From assembly GCA_010909165.1 (NCBI GenBank), contig VJWM01000068.1, positions 1,426,001 to 1,490,000 of the forward strand: a DNA stretch of 64,000 bases, in the 5' to 3' direction. The position numbers and the translations under genes were made by a program. Positions 12,874 to 25,455 of this stretch are shown here, piece by piece. The DNA is from Anthoceros angustus. Taxonomy: Eukaryota > Plantae > Anthocerotophyta. Positions within the stretch are counted from its first letter, which is position 1. Every line of letters starts with the position of its first letter. The notes beneath the pieces were generated by a model. It did no database searches. It saw nothing but the letters and a program-made list of their open reading frames with translations, and was not told where the DNA came from.

Positions 12874-13345
12874 TTAGGTAGGGCTTGTGAGGAAGTCAGA
12901 TGGCTTCCCCATGCCCAAAATTTTTATGTGCCTTTCATGAAGCTCTCTTCCAAGAGCCTTAGTCAATATATTTGCTGGATTGTCTGCCGTTGGCACATAT
13001 TCGAGGGTGATCTGTGAAGCTTTGATTAAGTCCCTGATATAGTGGTATTCGACCTCCACGTGTTTGATTCTGGAATGGAAAACCGGGTTTTTAGCTAAGC
13101 TAATTGATTCCTGGTTGTCCGTTTTGATTGTGGTGCAGGTTGGAAGTGGCAACCCCAACTCACTAAAGAGGAGCTTGCACCAGGAAACTTCCTTAGCAGC
13201 AGCTGTAAGTACTCTGTACTTTGCTTCTGTGCTAGATAGTGCAACCGTAGGTTGCTTCTTGCTGGACCAGCAGGTTGGTCCTCCTACTATCATTACTACA
13301 TGACCAGACACTACACCCTCACAACACCCCTGCATTGCATATCTA
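12874..13345 (-). mobile_element. Ty1/copia RNase H fragment
   Basis: WSSKKQPTVALSSTEAKY, TDNQESISLAKNPVFHSRIKHVEV, PTADNPANILTKAL. Confidence 0.88.
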
Positions 13346-13462
13346 GAGGACAAGCTATGATCTGAGCTTGTCCTCAGTGGAAGGGTCTATATATACTAGC
13401 CCTTGGCATCGGCATATTCCTAAGATATTCTATTGGCATCAGCATATGCCGAAAATATCCTA

Positions 13463-13603
13463 AGAATACACTATAATATGCAAGGAATATGCTAAAGCAT
13501 ATTACTTGAGCTTATCCACTTAGCTATTGTATCCTAAGAATACACTATAATATGCAAGGAATATGCCAAAGCATATTACTTGAGCTTATCCACTTAGCTA
13601 TTG
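13463..13603 (+). repeat. Two near-identical ~73-bp direct repeats
   Basis: TCCTAAGAATACACTATAATATGCAAGGAATATGC...TTATCCACTTAGCTATTG occurs twice. Confidence 0.8.
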
Positions 13604-16600
13604 CTAACCATGTTTAATTAACACTAATAAACAATTAATTAACATAAGCAACTTAGATTAATTAGTACTAATTGCTTGCTTAAGGATAAGTAATTGAATT
13701 AATTAATGCTAATCAAACACTAAACCCAAGTACAGAGATTAGTATCACACGGCATGACAGCACCTTGCAGTTGAAACAAAGTTGCTAGTTAGTCATCAGG
13801 GCGAAAGCACCTACAAACCTTATAGAGTTCTTAATAGTGCCAGAATTCATGGTGAACAATTACCGTCTACTCTCGTCTATATTCGCGAAAGATTTGCACC
13901 AACCTTTGAGGCTCGCATTTCTTGATGATCAGGTTATTGAACCTGAGATCAAAAGCCCTGTACAGCTCCGGCCCTTGGGGCACTTCATCAAACTCCTAGG
14001 GTCTCCTTAACACATGTCCAGGCTTGCCCAGACAACCCATCCAGCCCTGGCTTGCTGATTAGGGAGGTAGGGCATCCTTGTATCCCATGATTCATAACTT
14101 GAAAAGTGGTGTCCAAAAAATACCTTCATCCTCAGGCTCCAATTCTTGCACCAACATCCAGTCCTTATCCAAAATAGGTGTGGAATCCATATGAGCTCCA
14201 AGCCTACGTATGTACACAGTCTCCTCAAAGCTATAAGAGGAGGGAATAGGCACTACATGCTTCTGTGCTTTCTCACCCTTGTCACCAGTGGCAAGACCTT
14301 TGGTTATGCTCGCCTTAGCAGAAGTTAGGCTCCCGGATTTCACCTGATTTGCACCTCCAACCAATTGCACCCCAATCGCAAGTTGGGGGCCAGCTTGTTG
14401 CTCCTCTGCTGGTCCTCCAACTACGCACCCTTGAGCAGCATCCATGGTCGCTCCTGCGGTAGATGACTTCCCCTTCCCTATCGCCCACGATCTCCTTATT
14501 GGAACGGGAATAGAGATAACCCTATTTGCTTCACAACCGCAAGTATGACCCCAACAAAAATATGGTTTGAACCATGTTTCAACATCATGTTGTTCCAAAT
14601 CCCCATAAAGTCCACATCATTCTGTGTGGTGAGACGACCATAAATGCAATGTAGTTAAAGCTGCCGCCAATCCTTGTTACAACTACTGGCGCCGCATATC
14701 TAAGCCTAATACGCTCATAACGTCCATTTTTCTGAATGATTGGCCCAAGTTTACCTTAACCTTGCATGGCGGCCGCAACGGTTTCAAATTTCCCGGCCCG
14801 ACACTTCCGTCCCTCTGAGCGTGTTCCAGCCGACCTTCACAGACATATTGAATGCTACTTATCCTTTGGAAGGAGATGAGGTTTGCATTGTTTTGTTGTA
14901 GCAGTTGCGTTGTTTTTTGGCTAATGAAGATGCTTATATAACCTCTTCCGACCATCAGGTGGATCGCCACCGTAGGCAATCCTTCGTGAAGAGGAAGACT
15001 GCTTGCAATTCCGGAGACAACATCGTGCGGAGGATGTGACCCAAACGAGAAGGCTGCTCAACGTGCCTTATGGACAGGCTTGGCAAGCGATGTTTGGACC
15101 TCTGGATGTTATGGATATGTTCAACCTTCCAGACACATTTACAAAGTTCAAAATTTGGGCAAAATATAAGCGGCAATATTAAACGACTCCAAAGTCGAAC
15201 AGGTTCTCCACTTGCTCGCTTTGCGCAGGATTGAAAACGACAATTAGAAACACGAATGTTAAAGTCGACCAAGGTATCTTGTTCTTAATCCTTTCACGCG
15301 TTACATTCCGTGTCCTTCTATGTACTTTGTTCTGCTTGCACAATCCCCATGGCTGAGGTGGTTAGTACCTAGTGTTGTGATGAGTTTGAATGTCGCATGG
15401 AGGAAGGGGCTTGCCACTGTGACTAGGCCCGCATTTCAGCATAGGCCACTGTGTGGGCGCCGGCTGGCCGGCGCCCACATCCTCTTTTCCACTACTCAAA
15501 CCAGAGAACTTTCCCCAAACCCTAGCCATGAATGGAATGAGATATGGCCGACATATAAACCTATGGGCTTTGCCATGAGAGGCCTCCTCTAGAGTTAGAG
15601 GCGCCAGCAGGCCGACGTCCTCTGTTGTCCCACCAAGATTCAAATTCTTCTTCTTCTATGGGGTTTGCGGGGTGTCAGTTCATAGGCCGCCGCCATTGCC
15701 CGCATGGTGAAGCAAGTGTTGAATCAGCGACGACGAAGGAGTGAACTCCGGAGATGAGTAAACTTGCTTGCATGGAGAAGGAGTTGGTAGGGGAGGCAAT
15801 GGTTCCCACATACTCAGATAAATGGAGGGATTCAACTTCACCCGGTTTAAATTCCACTGTACCGCTTGTCAAGAGCCTTTGTTGTGGTATGCCAGTGCGT
15901 GAATCATTTTTGGCTTTTTGTCCATTACTATCTCTTTGTAATACAATACCGGGTATCCTTATATGTGTTTTTCAACACAACAATAAATGATGTATGGGTT
16001 CAGGCCGATTATCCAGTGCTCCAATATTATGGAGACGTGTTATCCATAGCTGGACACTTTGGCTGAGGATGATAAATAGGAATGTTGAGCAAGGTTGTCA
16101 TCCCAACCATCTTGGATCGGCTGGTGGTGTTTGTTTTACAATATGTGGTACTGCAGGGAGCCGAATACGGTAGCGGTGACCTCCATAGCCATGAGAGGGG
16201 CGCCGGCCGAATGGCGCCCCCGCTTCCACTGGCAAGGCCGCCAAGCACACGATCCGTTCAAACCCGGTCTGTCATGACCCAAACCCTTTAGCAAACCCTT
16301 GAGATCATAACGTATTTACAAAAGACTATGGTTTTTGCACGCCAACCATACTTTCCTGCATTACAGACGCAAATCCTAATTAAGTGGCTTGCTTTCCCCG
16401 GCAATAACGGTGAACACGGTGGGTCTTACTTTGCTCAAATTATATGGGTAAAGGATTGCGAGCACCCTTCCACCACGTGTACCCATATTGTAAAAGTGGG
16501 GCAACGTGGATGAGACACCTTGTTTTTGTGTGGTACTTTCAGTAAAAGGTAATATCCGTCGATTTGAGACCCATGTATAACCGCCTTCGGCGCATATTTA

Positions 16601-16811
16601 TGACAAAACCCTCATCATGTATATTCCCCCCCTTGAAGGTTTATGGTGTTAATCGTGCATGTTGGGGACTTAGAAAAAGTATATTAAGCTTTTTCTTGCT
16701 TCTCTTCATGGTGAGGCTGAGGCTTGACCATTTCGAAACCTTAGAGATGCTTGTAGACTAGATTGGCCTGATCTTTGTTGTGCCTTCCCTGCTGAATTCC
16801 GAAGCCCCACT

Positions 16812-17300
16812 TTGCATCAGGATAGCAAAGATGCTCTTGATTGTTTGTACCAGGGAGGCCGTGAATCAATTGAAGACTACGCGGAGAGGTCGCGCATCCT
16901 AGTCAAGAAGCTAGCATATGCAACACCTGAAAAGCTCAACAAAGTCAAGAAATGGTTTGTCAGGGGTCTGCGAGACGAGTTTTACAGCCAGAAGATGGAA
17001 GCTGATGACGTGACACTCACCTCTGCAATCGAGATACCGATGGAATGAGACAAATCAAAACCCCATCTACATGCCAGCCATCTAGTAAGATGGTTTTGCA
17101 TTACTCCCCTAGTTTCTGACAAGTCAGACTCTGATTCTGCTGCAGATAAACGCACTCGTAGCCTAGAAAAGGTAGCTCCTAGCCTAGCAACCTGAGGTCA
17201 AGAAAAGCTGCAAGCAAGAATTGAAGCAGGAGATGCGATTAACAAGATAATTTTTGAAGAGGGGGGAATATAGTAACCCCCTTCGGTCAAGACAGCATCC
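16812..17300 (+). mobile_element. Ty3/gypsy gag fragment followed by a PPT-like tract
   Basis: LYQGGRESIEDYAER ... WFVRGL is a retrotransposon gag motif; GAAGAGGGGGGAA lies at ~17256-17268. Confidence 0.65.
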
Positions 17301-18124
17301 CCTTGTCACGATGTACACCCTTCTTGCAACAGCATATATGCCCTACTTTGATAATGCGCATACCCTTTTTGAGCCCATACCTTTGATAAAAGACGCACTT
17401 TCAAGTCTACACTCCAGGACTAGAGCACAATAGGGTGTGGGCCCATCTACGTTTTTGTAGAATGCATAGAGGGCTGCCATTTTCATATGTTTATTACAAC
17501 CGAAAACTTTTACTTTCAAGTGGTGGAACACAATGAAAACAATCCTGTACTAGTGGGAGTCTCATTTCAGTGGTCGTGAGAACATTGCAACAAACAACTG
17601 CTAAAGGAGGAAGTGATCATCAGCATCGACAATAGTCATTCAAGAGTGCGGCCGAGCAACTCGTCTATGCCTTGCACCGATACTGAGTCAAGGACCACCA
17701 CCAAATTCTGAAGGCGGTCCATATCCTCTGCGTCAAAGCTGTCATTCTTCTCCAATGCTTGCTCATATTCATTAGTATAATTCTTGGGCTGAGCTATGGA
17801 CGGTGTCGACTGCCACACAACATCTAGGGTCTGCTGACCCTCATCCAAAACCTTGCCAATCGTGGTCTTCAACCTTCTGGCACTCAATGCAATCACTTGG
17901 GCTTTAAGGCAACCAGCGTCCTTAAAATGAACAAAGTTAGTTGCCCATGCACCCATGCAAGCATCCTTACAATCAACAAAGTTGAGTTATTCAAAAGATA
18001 TGGGTTTTGAACACGGAACCAAATCATTATTGAACCTTTTTCCCAAGCACTTGACTAACGGTCCCAAGTTGCAAAACGCTTGAGCTGCTAAATATTCATT
18101 TTCTTAAAAGCAGCCTATGAGGAG

Positions 18125-19810
18125 CCCATGGGGAGGGCGCCGGCCGGCCGGCGCCCATGGGTAGGTGTGGAAGACCACATGTACACTAACCCTCCCCTGG
18201 ACTGTTGGTTTGAATTTTTTTTTTGTTTTTCTTATGTTTTGTGTGATGGAGTGCTTAGGAAATGTCCGAGGCAAGGCCTTTTATACTAAAAGTGGTCCTT
18301 GGCCCATGGAAATATTACTTTTACAAATAATTAGTCCTTGGGCCTGGAACCTGTGAATGTCAGGTCAGGCTAGAAGGTCCTTGGACCTTGGGATTTTTAG
18401 GAATAAAAATTGTCTATGTAAGGTGGGGGATCCTTCATTCAAAAGAACAGGGGCCTGTGAACAAGTGGAGACGCCTGCACCTCCGGAGAAGTTCGAGAAG
18501 CTAGCGGAGAGGTATAAGCGGAGAGAGGTGAGGCTAGGCTGTGGTCAAGAGAGAGACGGGCAGTCAAGAAGGGCAGAAAGCACCAGCGGTCAAATACCAC
18601 TGCTAGAAGCACCACCACGATGGTGGAGCCACCACCGTCATGAAGCAACCACCACGGTGGTGGAGCCGCCACCGTGGAAGAAGGACCCATGGGGAGGGCG
18701 CCGGCCGGCCGGCGCCATGGGTAGGTGTGGAAGACCACATGTACACTAACCCTCCCTCGGATTGTTGGTTTGAATGTTTTTTTGTTTTTCTTATGTTTTG
18801 TGTGATGGAGTGCTTAGGAAATGTCCGAGGCAAGGCCTTTTATACTAAAAGTGGTCCTTGGCCCATGGAAATATTACTTTTACAAATAATTAGTCCTTGG
18901 GCCTCGAACCTGTGAATGTCGTCGCTAGAAGGTCCTTGGACCTTGGGATTTTAGGAATAAATTGTCTATATAAGGTGGGGGATCCTTCATTCAAAAGAAC
19001 AGGGGCCTGTGAACAAGTGGAGACGCCTGCACCTCCGGAGAAGTTCGAGAAGCTAGCGGAGAGGTATAAGCGGGAGAGAGGTGAGGCTAGGCTGTGGTCA
19101 AGAGAGAGACGGGCAGTCAAGAAGGGCAGAAAGCACCACCACGGTGGCGAATCCACCACCACGGTGGCGAATCCACCACCACGATGGTGGAGCCACCACC
19201 GTCATGAAGCAACCACCACGGTGGTGGAGCCGCCACCGTCATGGAAGAAGGACCCATGGGGAGGGCGCCGGCCGGCGCCCATGGGTAGGTGTGGAAGACC
19301 ACATGTACACTAACCCTCCTCGACTGTTGGTTTGAATTTTTTTTGTTTTTCTTATGTTTTGTGTGATGGAGTGCTTAGGAAATGTCCGAGGCAAGGCCTT
19401 TTATACTAAAAGTGGTCCTTGGCCCATGGAAATATTACTTTTACAAATAATTAGTCCTTGGGCCTCGAACTGTGAATGTCGTCGCTAGAAGGTCCTTGGA
19501 CCTTGGGATTTTAGGAATAAATTGTCTATGTAAGGTGGGGGATCCTTCATTCAAAAGAACAGGGGCCTGTGAACAAGTGGAGACGCCTGCACCTCCGGAG
19601 AAGTTCGAGAAGCTAGCGAGAGGTATAAGCGGGAGAGAGATGAGGCTAGGCTGTGGTCAAGAGAGAGACGGGCAGTCAAGAGAGAGACGGGCAGTCAAGA
19701 AGGACCCAAGGTGAGGTCTGTGGCCCAAGGTGGGGAAGCCACCACGATGGTGGAGCCACCACCGTCATGGAAGCAACCACCACGGTGGTGGAGCCGCCAC
19801 CGTCAAGAAG
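18125..19810. repeat. Tandem array of ~560-bp units (about 3 copies)
   Basis: CATGGGTAGGTGTGGAAGACCACATGTACACTAACC recurs at ~18156, ~18716 and ~19280; each unit boundary carries a GC palindrome. Confidence 0.92.
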
Positions 19811-19934
19811 GACCCGAGGTGGGGAAGCCACCGTCGAGCTCAGAGGGGATGCAACCCCTCGGATTCCGTGAAGCGCCCATGTGATTGTCCCTGAGCCGGC
19901 ATACCTTCACAAGTTGTGCTCGAGGAAATGAGCA

Positions 19935-20355
19935 AGTGAGGCTAGAGCGTGGGTGGAGGAACGCACTGCTTGGCTGTCCAAAGGATGAGGAGCGAGGAAA
20001 CGCGCGCAGAGATGTGACGGCGCCTCCTAGGAGGAGTGAAGGACCCTGATAGCGGGAGTGAGGTGGAGATATTAAGGGAGGATCTTTCTGATCGAGGCGT
20101 GGTAGGAGAGCGAGGGAACACCCATGGGCCGCAGGTTAGGCCATACGGAGGCTAGAGCGTGGGTGGAGGAACGCACTGTTTGGCTGTCCAGTGATGAGGA
20201 GCGAGGAAACGACGCAGGGATGAGATGCCGCCTCCTAGGAGGAGTGAAGGGACCTCGGATAGCGGGAGTGAGGTGGAGATATTAAGGGAGGATCTTTCTG
20301 GATCGAGGCGTGGTAGGAGAGCGAGGGAACACCCATGGGCCGCAGGTTAGGCCAC
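19935..20355. repeat. Tandem duplication of ~210 bp
   Basis: GAGGCTAGAGCGTGGGTGGAGGAACGCACTG at ~19939 and ~20149. Confidence 0.85.
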
Positions 20356-20524
20356 AGAGGCGGCGCTGATTTTAGAGGGAATGGCATCATAGGTCAGGGC
20401 TTTCACTTGGATTAGAGGATAAGGTGCTAGGAAGCTTGTGAGATACCCGAATTGGTAGGCGCTGTGGTAGGTTAGCCATCTTTAGACACCGGAGGTAGGT
20501 TAGCCATCTTTAGACACCGGAAAG

Positions 20525-21825
20525 TGAGCAGGCCAGCGCCAGATGTACAAGAGACCCCTTCGCGTCTCTCTCGTTAAACAATTTCAGGTGTGAACTTCCG
20601 TGTGTCGAATCTACGCTCGAGGTTGGTTGGAGACGTCTGATCAACAACGGACCGATTCGGTACACCGCCTTCTCGTCACAAGAGGGCCGGGGAGATCCCT
20701 GGATGGTCGAGAGCTGAGTGACCAAGCTCCGCGTCTGGGGTGACTAGTGGTGAAGGGTGCTTAATGCATGCCAGGAGAGGGAAATTCCCGCAGGGGACCG
20801 GGGTGAGATCGCGGGTGTGCGGATCGCCTGTTCCCAACCCGCTGTCTAACCAGATTGTGTCTAATCGCAAGGAGGGGTCTGTGTGGCCCAAGGTGAGGTC
20901 TGTGTGGCCTGAGGGAGGGGTCTGTGTGGCCCAAGAGAGGTCTGTGTGGCTTGAGAGAGAGAATGGTGAGAGCAGCTTGTGTGTGGTGGTATTTGAGAGT
21001 TTAGGAAGGATCTGTGGGAACATGTTGTGCGCGGTGGTGTATGAGATCCTAGAAGAAAGGGGGTGAGTGAGTCGTTGTGTGAAGGGGAGTCTGGGAAGTG
21101 GTGAGCGAGAGTCCGGAACGCGAACGCCGAGGAAGGTTGGGAATAAATTGTGGGGTCGAGGAAATCGGCGGAGTGAGGTGCCGCGCGGCGTGGCCATGGT
21201 GTGCATCCACCAGTGAGCTCTGGGCGTGAATCTACATGAGTGTGACTTGGTGTACATGTGAATCTGTGTGCATAGGACCATAGCCCTTAACGAGCGTAGC
21301 AGGGGAACCGGGTGCTAAATAGTCGATCGCGACGCGCGCGCGCGCCGGTCGGGTTGGGTCCCACCACCACGGTGGCCGAATCCACCACCACGGTGGCCGA
21401 ACTTACCACGGTCGTGGGTTCGGACACGGTAGTTGATTGTGGTTGGGTAGGAACTGAGTGTAGAAGGACTAGAATCCATAGTTTTAGAACATCTTGACAC
21501 AAAACCATTCCCTTGGGATCGAATCCTAGGACTATAACGACATAGAGGGTAAATGTGGCCTCCTTGCGTCTTTGGATGCAAAACCCCATTCCACAGAGGC
21601 GGGCGTGTTGGGGAGGGGATGAGGGCGCGGCGCCTCCTGCTCCACCGCATGCGATGGGTGGTGCAGGAAGGCGCCGGCCGGCGCCTCCTTAGCACCATCC
21701 TACGGTGCATGCGGGTGAAGCTAGGGGGGGGACAAGAAGGGAATGGCAGGTATCCTATCACCGACGGAAGGTGTGGTCCATTTGCAGGAAGGGTTAAAAG
21801 ATTTGCGTCCATAGGTGACTGCTGA
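20525..21825 (-). mobile_element. Possible LTR and primer-binding site of a Ty3/gypsy-type element
   Basis: Minus strand reads ...TTGTACA-TC-TGGCGCTGG at 20550-20533 (LTR-end CA, 2-nt spacer, TGGCGC-type PBS). It shares CCACCACGGTGG motifs with the 560-bp array. No second LTR found. Confidence 0.35.
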
Positions 21826-21829
21826 AGAG

Positions 21830-22576
21830 TACAAGTGGTGGAAAGCCTTTTGGGTGGACTAGAAGGAGATTGCTATCATTGTGGAGAATAACATTAGGCT
21901 AGTGCTACAGCATCCTTGGAAGTGGTTTTCACGTGCAGAAGTGGATCATAATTATAGCCTGACCACTTCAAGTGCCAGATGAAGTTTTGCTGGATGAGGC
22001 ATTATTGAGGGACCTCCCACAGCGTGATATGTACTTTGAGGCATATCAAAATGCCGGAAGGCAACAGTGGGAATGGCACGGATGAATGAGGACATAATGG
22101 AAATTTGGAAGGGGATGTTTCTGGCAATGCCGTGCACTCTAGACATGCATAACAGGCCATTCTGGATTGGGGAGAGTCATTGATGCGAAGCTAGATGCAC
22201 CACGACCTCACTTTTTATCCACTGGTATCGGCTCGAGCACACAAGGGCGTACGAAGGGAGATATGTGTAGGAATACATAGTCCGTCAGAGTGCCAACCCA
22301 TCTGGTCTGATGCCGAGGAAAAAAGGGAATAAGGTCCATTACCCAAAAGACATACAGGAGGTTTTTGTGAATGAAACAGCCATCCTGTATTGTGGGTTTG
22401 TGTTGAACGCACGGAAACATGTGTATGCGGTGGACAAAAAACTGATAAGGGATAAGCTTTGCGAGTTGCGCGGCTTCATACAGCCTGCGAGTCAAAGTGC
22501 CGCTCAAGATAGTGATGACAATGCTGGAGAAGCTGGACCAAGTGATGACGAAGGATTGAACTCTGGTGATGAGTGA
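21830..22576 (+). pseudogene. Diverged homologue of the 9991-10675 protein fragment
   Basis: EEYKWWKAFWVD, FLAMPCTLDMHNRPFWIGE, KVHYPKDIQEVFVNETAILYCGFVL ... GFIQPASQSAA; contains frameshifts. Confidence 0.6.
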
Positions 22577-23099
22577 AAGTGAAATCACGGTTTGTCCCGG
22601 GGTCCCAGAGTGAATGTTGTACGTCTGGTTGCAGATGTTACTGTGTTTTGGAAATACCCTATCCGTGGCTTTTGTTGTGTCCTTACTAAACCACATTTTC
22701 CTCCCAAAACTGAATTTACAGTCGTCCCTTCCCGGCAAGAACGGCCTTCCTTATCGTTCCTACTTTGCATTAATCCTATAGGTTCGAGTTTGCGACCACC
22801 ATTCGACAGAAATATTGCTGGATGGAAAGTAGGAACTTTAGTGGGTGACACCCTTTTTTTCGGAGATGTTTTCTGGAATGCCTTGAAAACGCTATTTTAG
22901 GGCCCATCAAAAACCCCTTCAGAGATTATTTACGAAAAACCCCCTTCGAGATTATTCACCCCCTTCAAAAATGATGATGTTGATTGCTACACATTAAGGC
23001 CAGTCACAAGTTGAACAGCTGTTGATAAAGGCCAATGACACGTAAGCCCACATCACCCGACTGGAGCTGGAAAAGATGTACGAGCCCATCATGCCATGC

Positions 23100-23640
23100 C
23101 CTCGTGAGCCCTGTAAAAGTGTGGAGCAATGGACCATACCACCAGGTATTGCACTCAGGCTCCTTGCGTACGTTGTGGAGAGACAGGTCACGTAGGATGT
23201 TCCAAGAATCCCGATGTATCAAGTGGAAGGGGCGGACGTAGATGCGAAGTTGGCCAAACTCGAAGACAGAGCTCCAGACTTGATGCTTGGAGCACCCCAA
23301 CCCTCAATGTTATTCTTGAAGAGGAACCAAGTGCACCACCTGCAGCAATTGTGCATGGCGTTTTCACAGCGACACACGCTTTCCCAGACCTTGCTATTGT
23401 CATCGATGTTGGTGCCTCACATCAAAAGCAAGAGCCGAATGATGATGACAAACCTCACAAAAAAGCAACAAAGAAAGACACTACATTCGCCGGACTTGAG
23501 GTTAAGATGCATGATGCATATGTGGTTGATAAACCAAAGAAGAGAAAGGTGCTACCTTGCCGCCCTTTTCTTGTGATGGGCCTAGGTATTCACTTGTTGA
23601 GGACATCGTGGATCGAGAGGTAAAGATGACCTTCCGCCAA
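23100..23640 (+). mobile_element. Retrotransposon gag fragment with CCHC zinc knuckles
   Basis: C-K-(K)-C-G-A-M-D-H-T-T-R-Y-C (CX2CX4HX4C across a 1-nt shift), then CVRCGETGH. Confidence 0.65.
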
Positions 23641-23684
23641 TTGTTTATAATTTTGCCGGATGCTTGTCGAGAAATGACCTTCAA

Positions 23685-24020
23685 CACTACTAGAAAACGC
23701 CCGGTTTTATAACGGATTTTACATTGGACTTTTCTACATTTTCGCTACGTCCATAGTAAAACCTCATGTAGTAAACACACCTTAGCAATATCCGTGGTAA
23801 TAATACATACAAGTATATGGTGGCTATAACCCATATAATGTACGATATTGATCATGGTAAATGGTGTACTTCCTAACTAGGGATACCATACACTGGTCAG
23901 ACTTTACAACGGATCCTTTTACAAAGGACCTTACTACGATGCACTTACAATGCATTTACAAATTTCTTAACCATAGTCAATATGCTAGGATTAAGTACTC
24001 TAGGTTACTTAACTCCAATG
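23685..24020 (+). mobile_element. CACTA terminal inverted repeat and AT-rich subterminal region
   Basis: Perfect CACTACTAGAAAA at 23685-23697; no partner TIR located. Confidence 0.7.
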
Positions 24021-24664
24021 TATTAACTGGGGTTAAGTAACTAGATTCTTGAACCTGGTCAATCTGAGGCTTCATTTGTGGCTTCACCAAGTAACAACTG
24101 GTGTGGAATCATTGGGAGTCGATGGGTTGTCTTCAACACTAAGCGCTCGGAGTCTCATGCTGAGCTCCAAGCATGGCTAGTACACATGCGGTTTACTGGC
24201 AAGAGTTACAAAATTACGAGTTGGTACAAGGTGGTGGCTCCTTTTGTGACTATCCTGAAGAAGGACATCCGTTTCTTAGTTTAGGTGGGCTGAAGCTTGT
24301 GAGGGTTCTTTGTCTCTCGAAAGTGCTCACAAGGAGAGTGTGACGATGGATAGTGCACTGTACAGTTCGGCAAAGAACCAGAAGATGCAATTGTGGTGGA
24401 AGTTAGAGCTTGCTCGAGGAGTTGCCTCTTTGATGAGGCAGTACATGAAGAAGGTTCGTGAAGATAGTGGCAGCAGCCAGGAGTGTCTAGTTCGTGTGAA
24501 TGCCTGAATGCCGCTACTGACCAGTTCTATGGAATTGTTGAGGTAGTCCATATTGCTGTGAACAATGATGACTGATTCTTGATACACTAACCTTGAAACG
24601 TCCCTAGTACAAGTATGTATATGCCCTTGCGTTTGAGTTACTATGTGCATCTGTAGATCCATCC

Positions 24665-25455
24665 TAGTGCATCCATACGCTTGTACCCATCGCCCCAGTG
24701 CATCCATACACTTGTACCCATCGCCCCAATGCATCCATACGCGGGTACCCATTGCCCCAGTGCATCCATACACTTGTACCCATCACCTCACAGTGCATCC
24801 ATACACTTGTACCCATCGCCCCAGTGCAAGTGCATCCATACGCTGGTACCCATCGTCCCAGTGCATCCATACGCTTGTACCCATAGCCCCAGTGCATCCA
24901 TACTCTTATACCCATCATATTCATGCATCCATACGCTTATACCCATCATACCAGTGCATCCATACACTTGTACCCATCGCCCCAGTGAATCCATACGCTT
25001 GTACCCATCATACGAGTGCATCCATATGCTTGTACCCATTGCCCCAGTGCATCCATACGCTTGTACCCATCGCCCCAGTGCATCCATACGCTTGTACCCA
25101 TCGCCCCAGTGCATCCATACGCCTGTACCCATCGCCCCAGTGCATCCATACGCTTGTATCCATCGCCCCAGTGCATCCATACGCTTGTACCCATCGCCCC
25201 TGTGCATCCATACGCTTGTACCCATCGCCCAGTGATCGCCCCAGTGCATCCATACGCTTGTACCCATCGCCCAGTGCATCCATACGCTTGTACCCATAGA
25301 CCCAGTGCATGCATACACTAATACCCATCGACCCAGTGTATCCATACAGTTGTACCCATCGACCCAGTGTATCCATACAGTTGTAGCCATCGACCCAGTG
25401 TATCCATACAGTTATACCCATCGCCCCCGTGCATCCATACACTTGTATCCATCAT
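24665..25455. repeat. 31-bp minisatellite (about 25 degenerate units)
   Basis: Consensus GTGCATCCATACGCTTGTACCCATCGCCCCA; explains the cluster of repetitive ORFs in all frames. Confidence 0.95.

Noticed and set aside
12505-12890. Telomere-like TTAGGG words
   Set aside because: Only one or two degenerate units each, not an interstitial telomere array.
13790-15290. Broken minus-strand ORFs that look protein-like
   Set aside because: No RT, endonuclease, transposase or host motif recognised; left unassigned.
17636-17956. 106-aa minus-strand ORF
   Set aside because: No recognisable domain, stops upstream, embedded in repeat debris.
18125-19810. Repetitive ORFs in the 560-bp array
   Set aside because: Frames differ between copies and no domain is recognisable.
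21510-21530. GGGATCGAATCC, resembling a tRNA T-arm
   Set aside because: No cloverleaf or A-box context; no tRNA gene found in the window.
24643-25442. Many repetitive 100-220 aa ORFs (HPYACTH / MGTSVWMH repeats)
   Set aside because: Translations of a 31-bp minisatellite in all frames. It is not a CRISPR array either, since there are no unique spacers and the DNA is eukaryotic.
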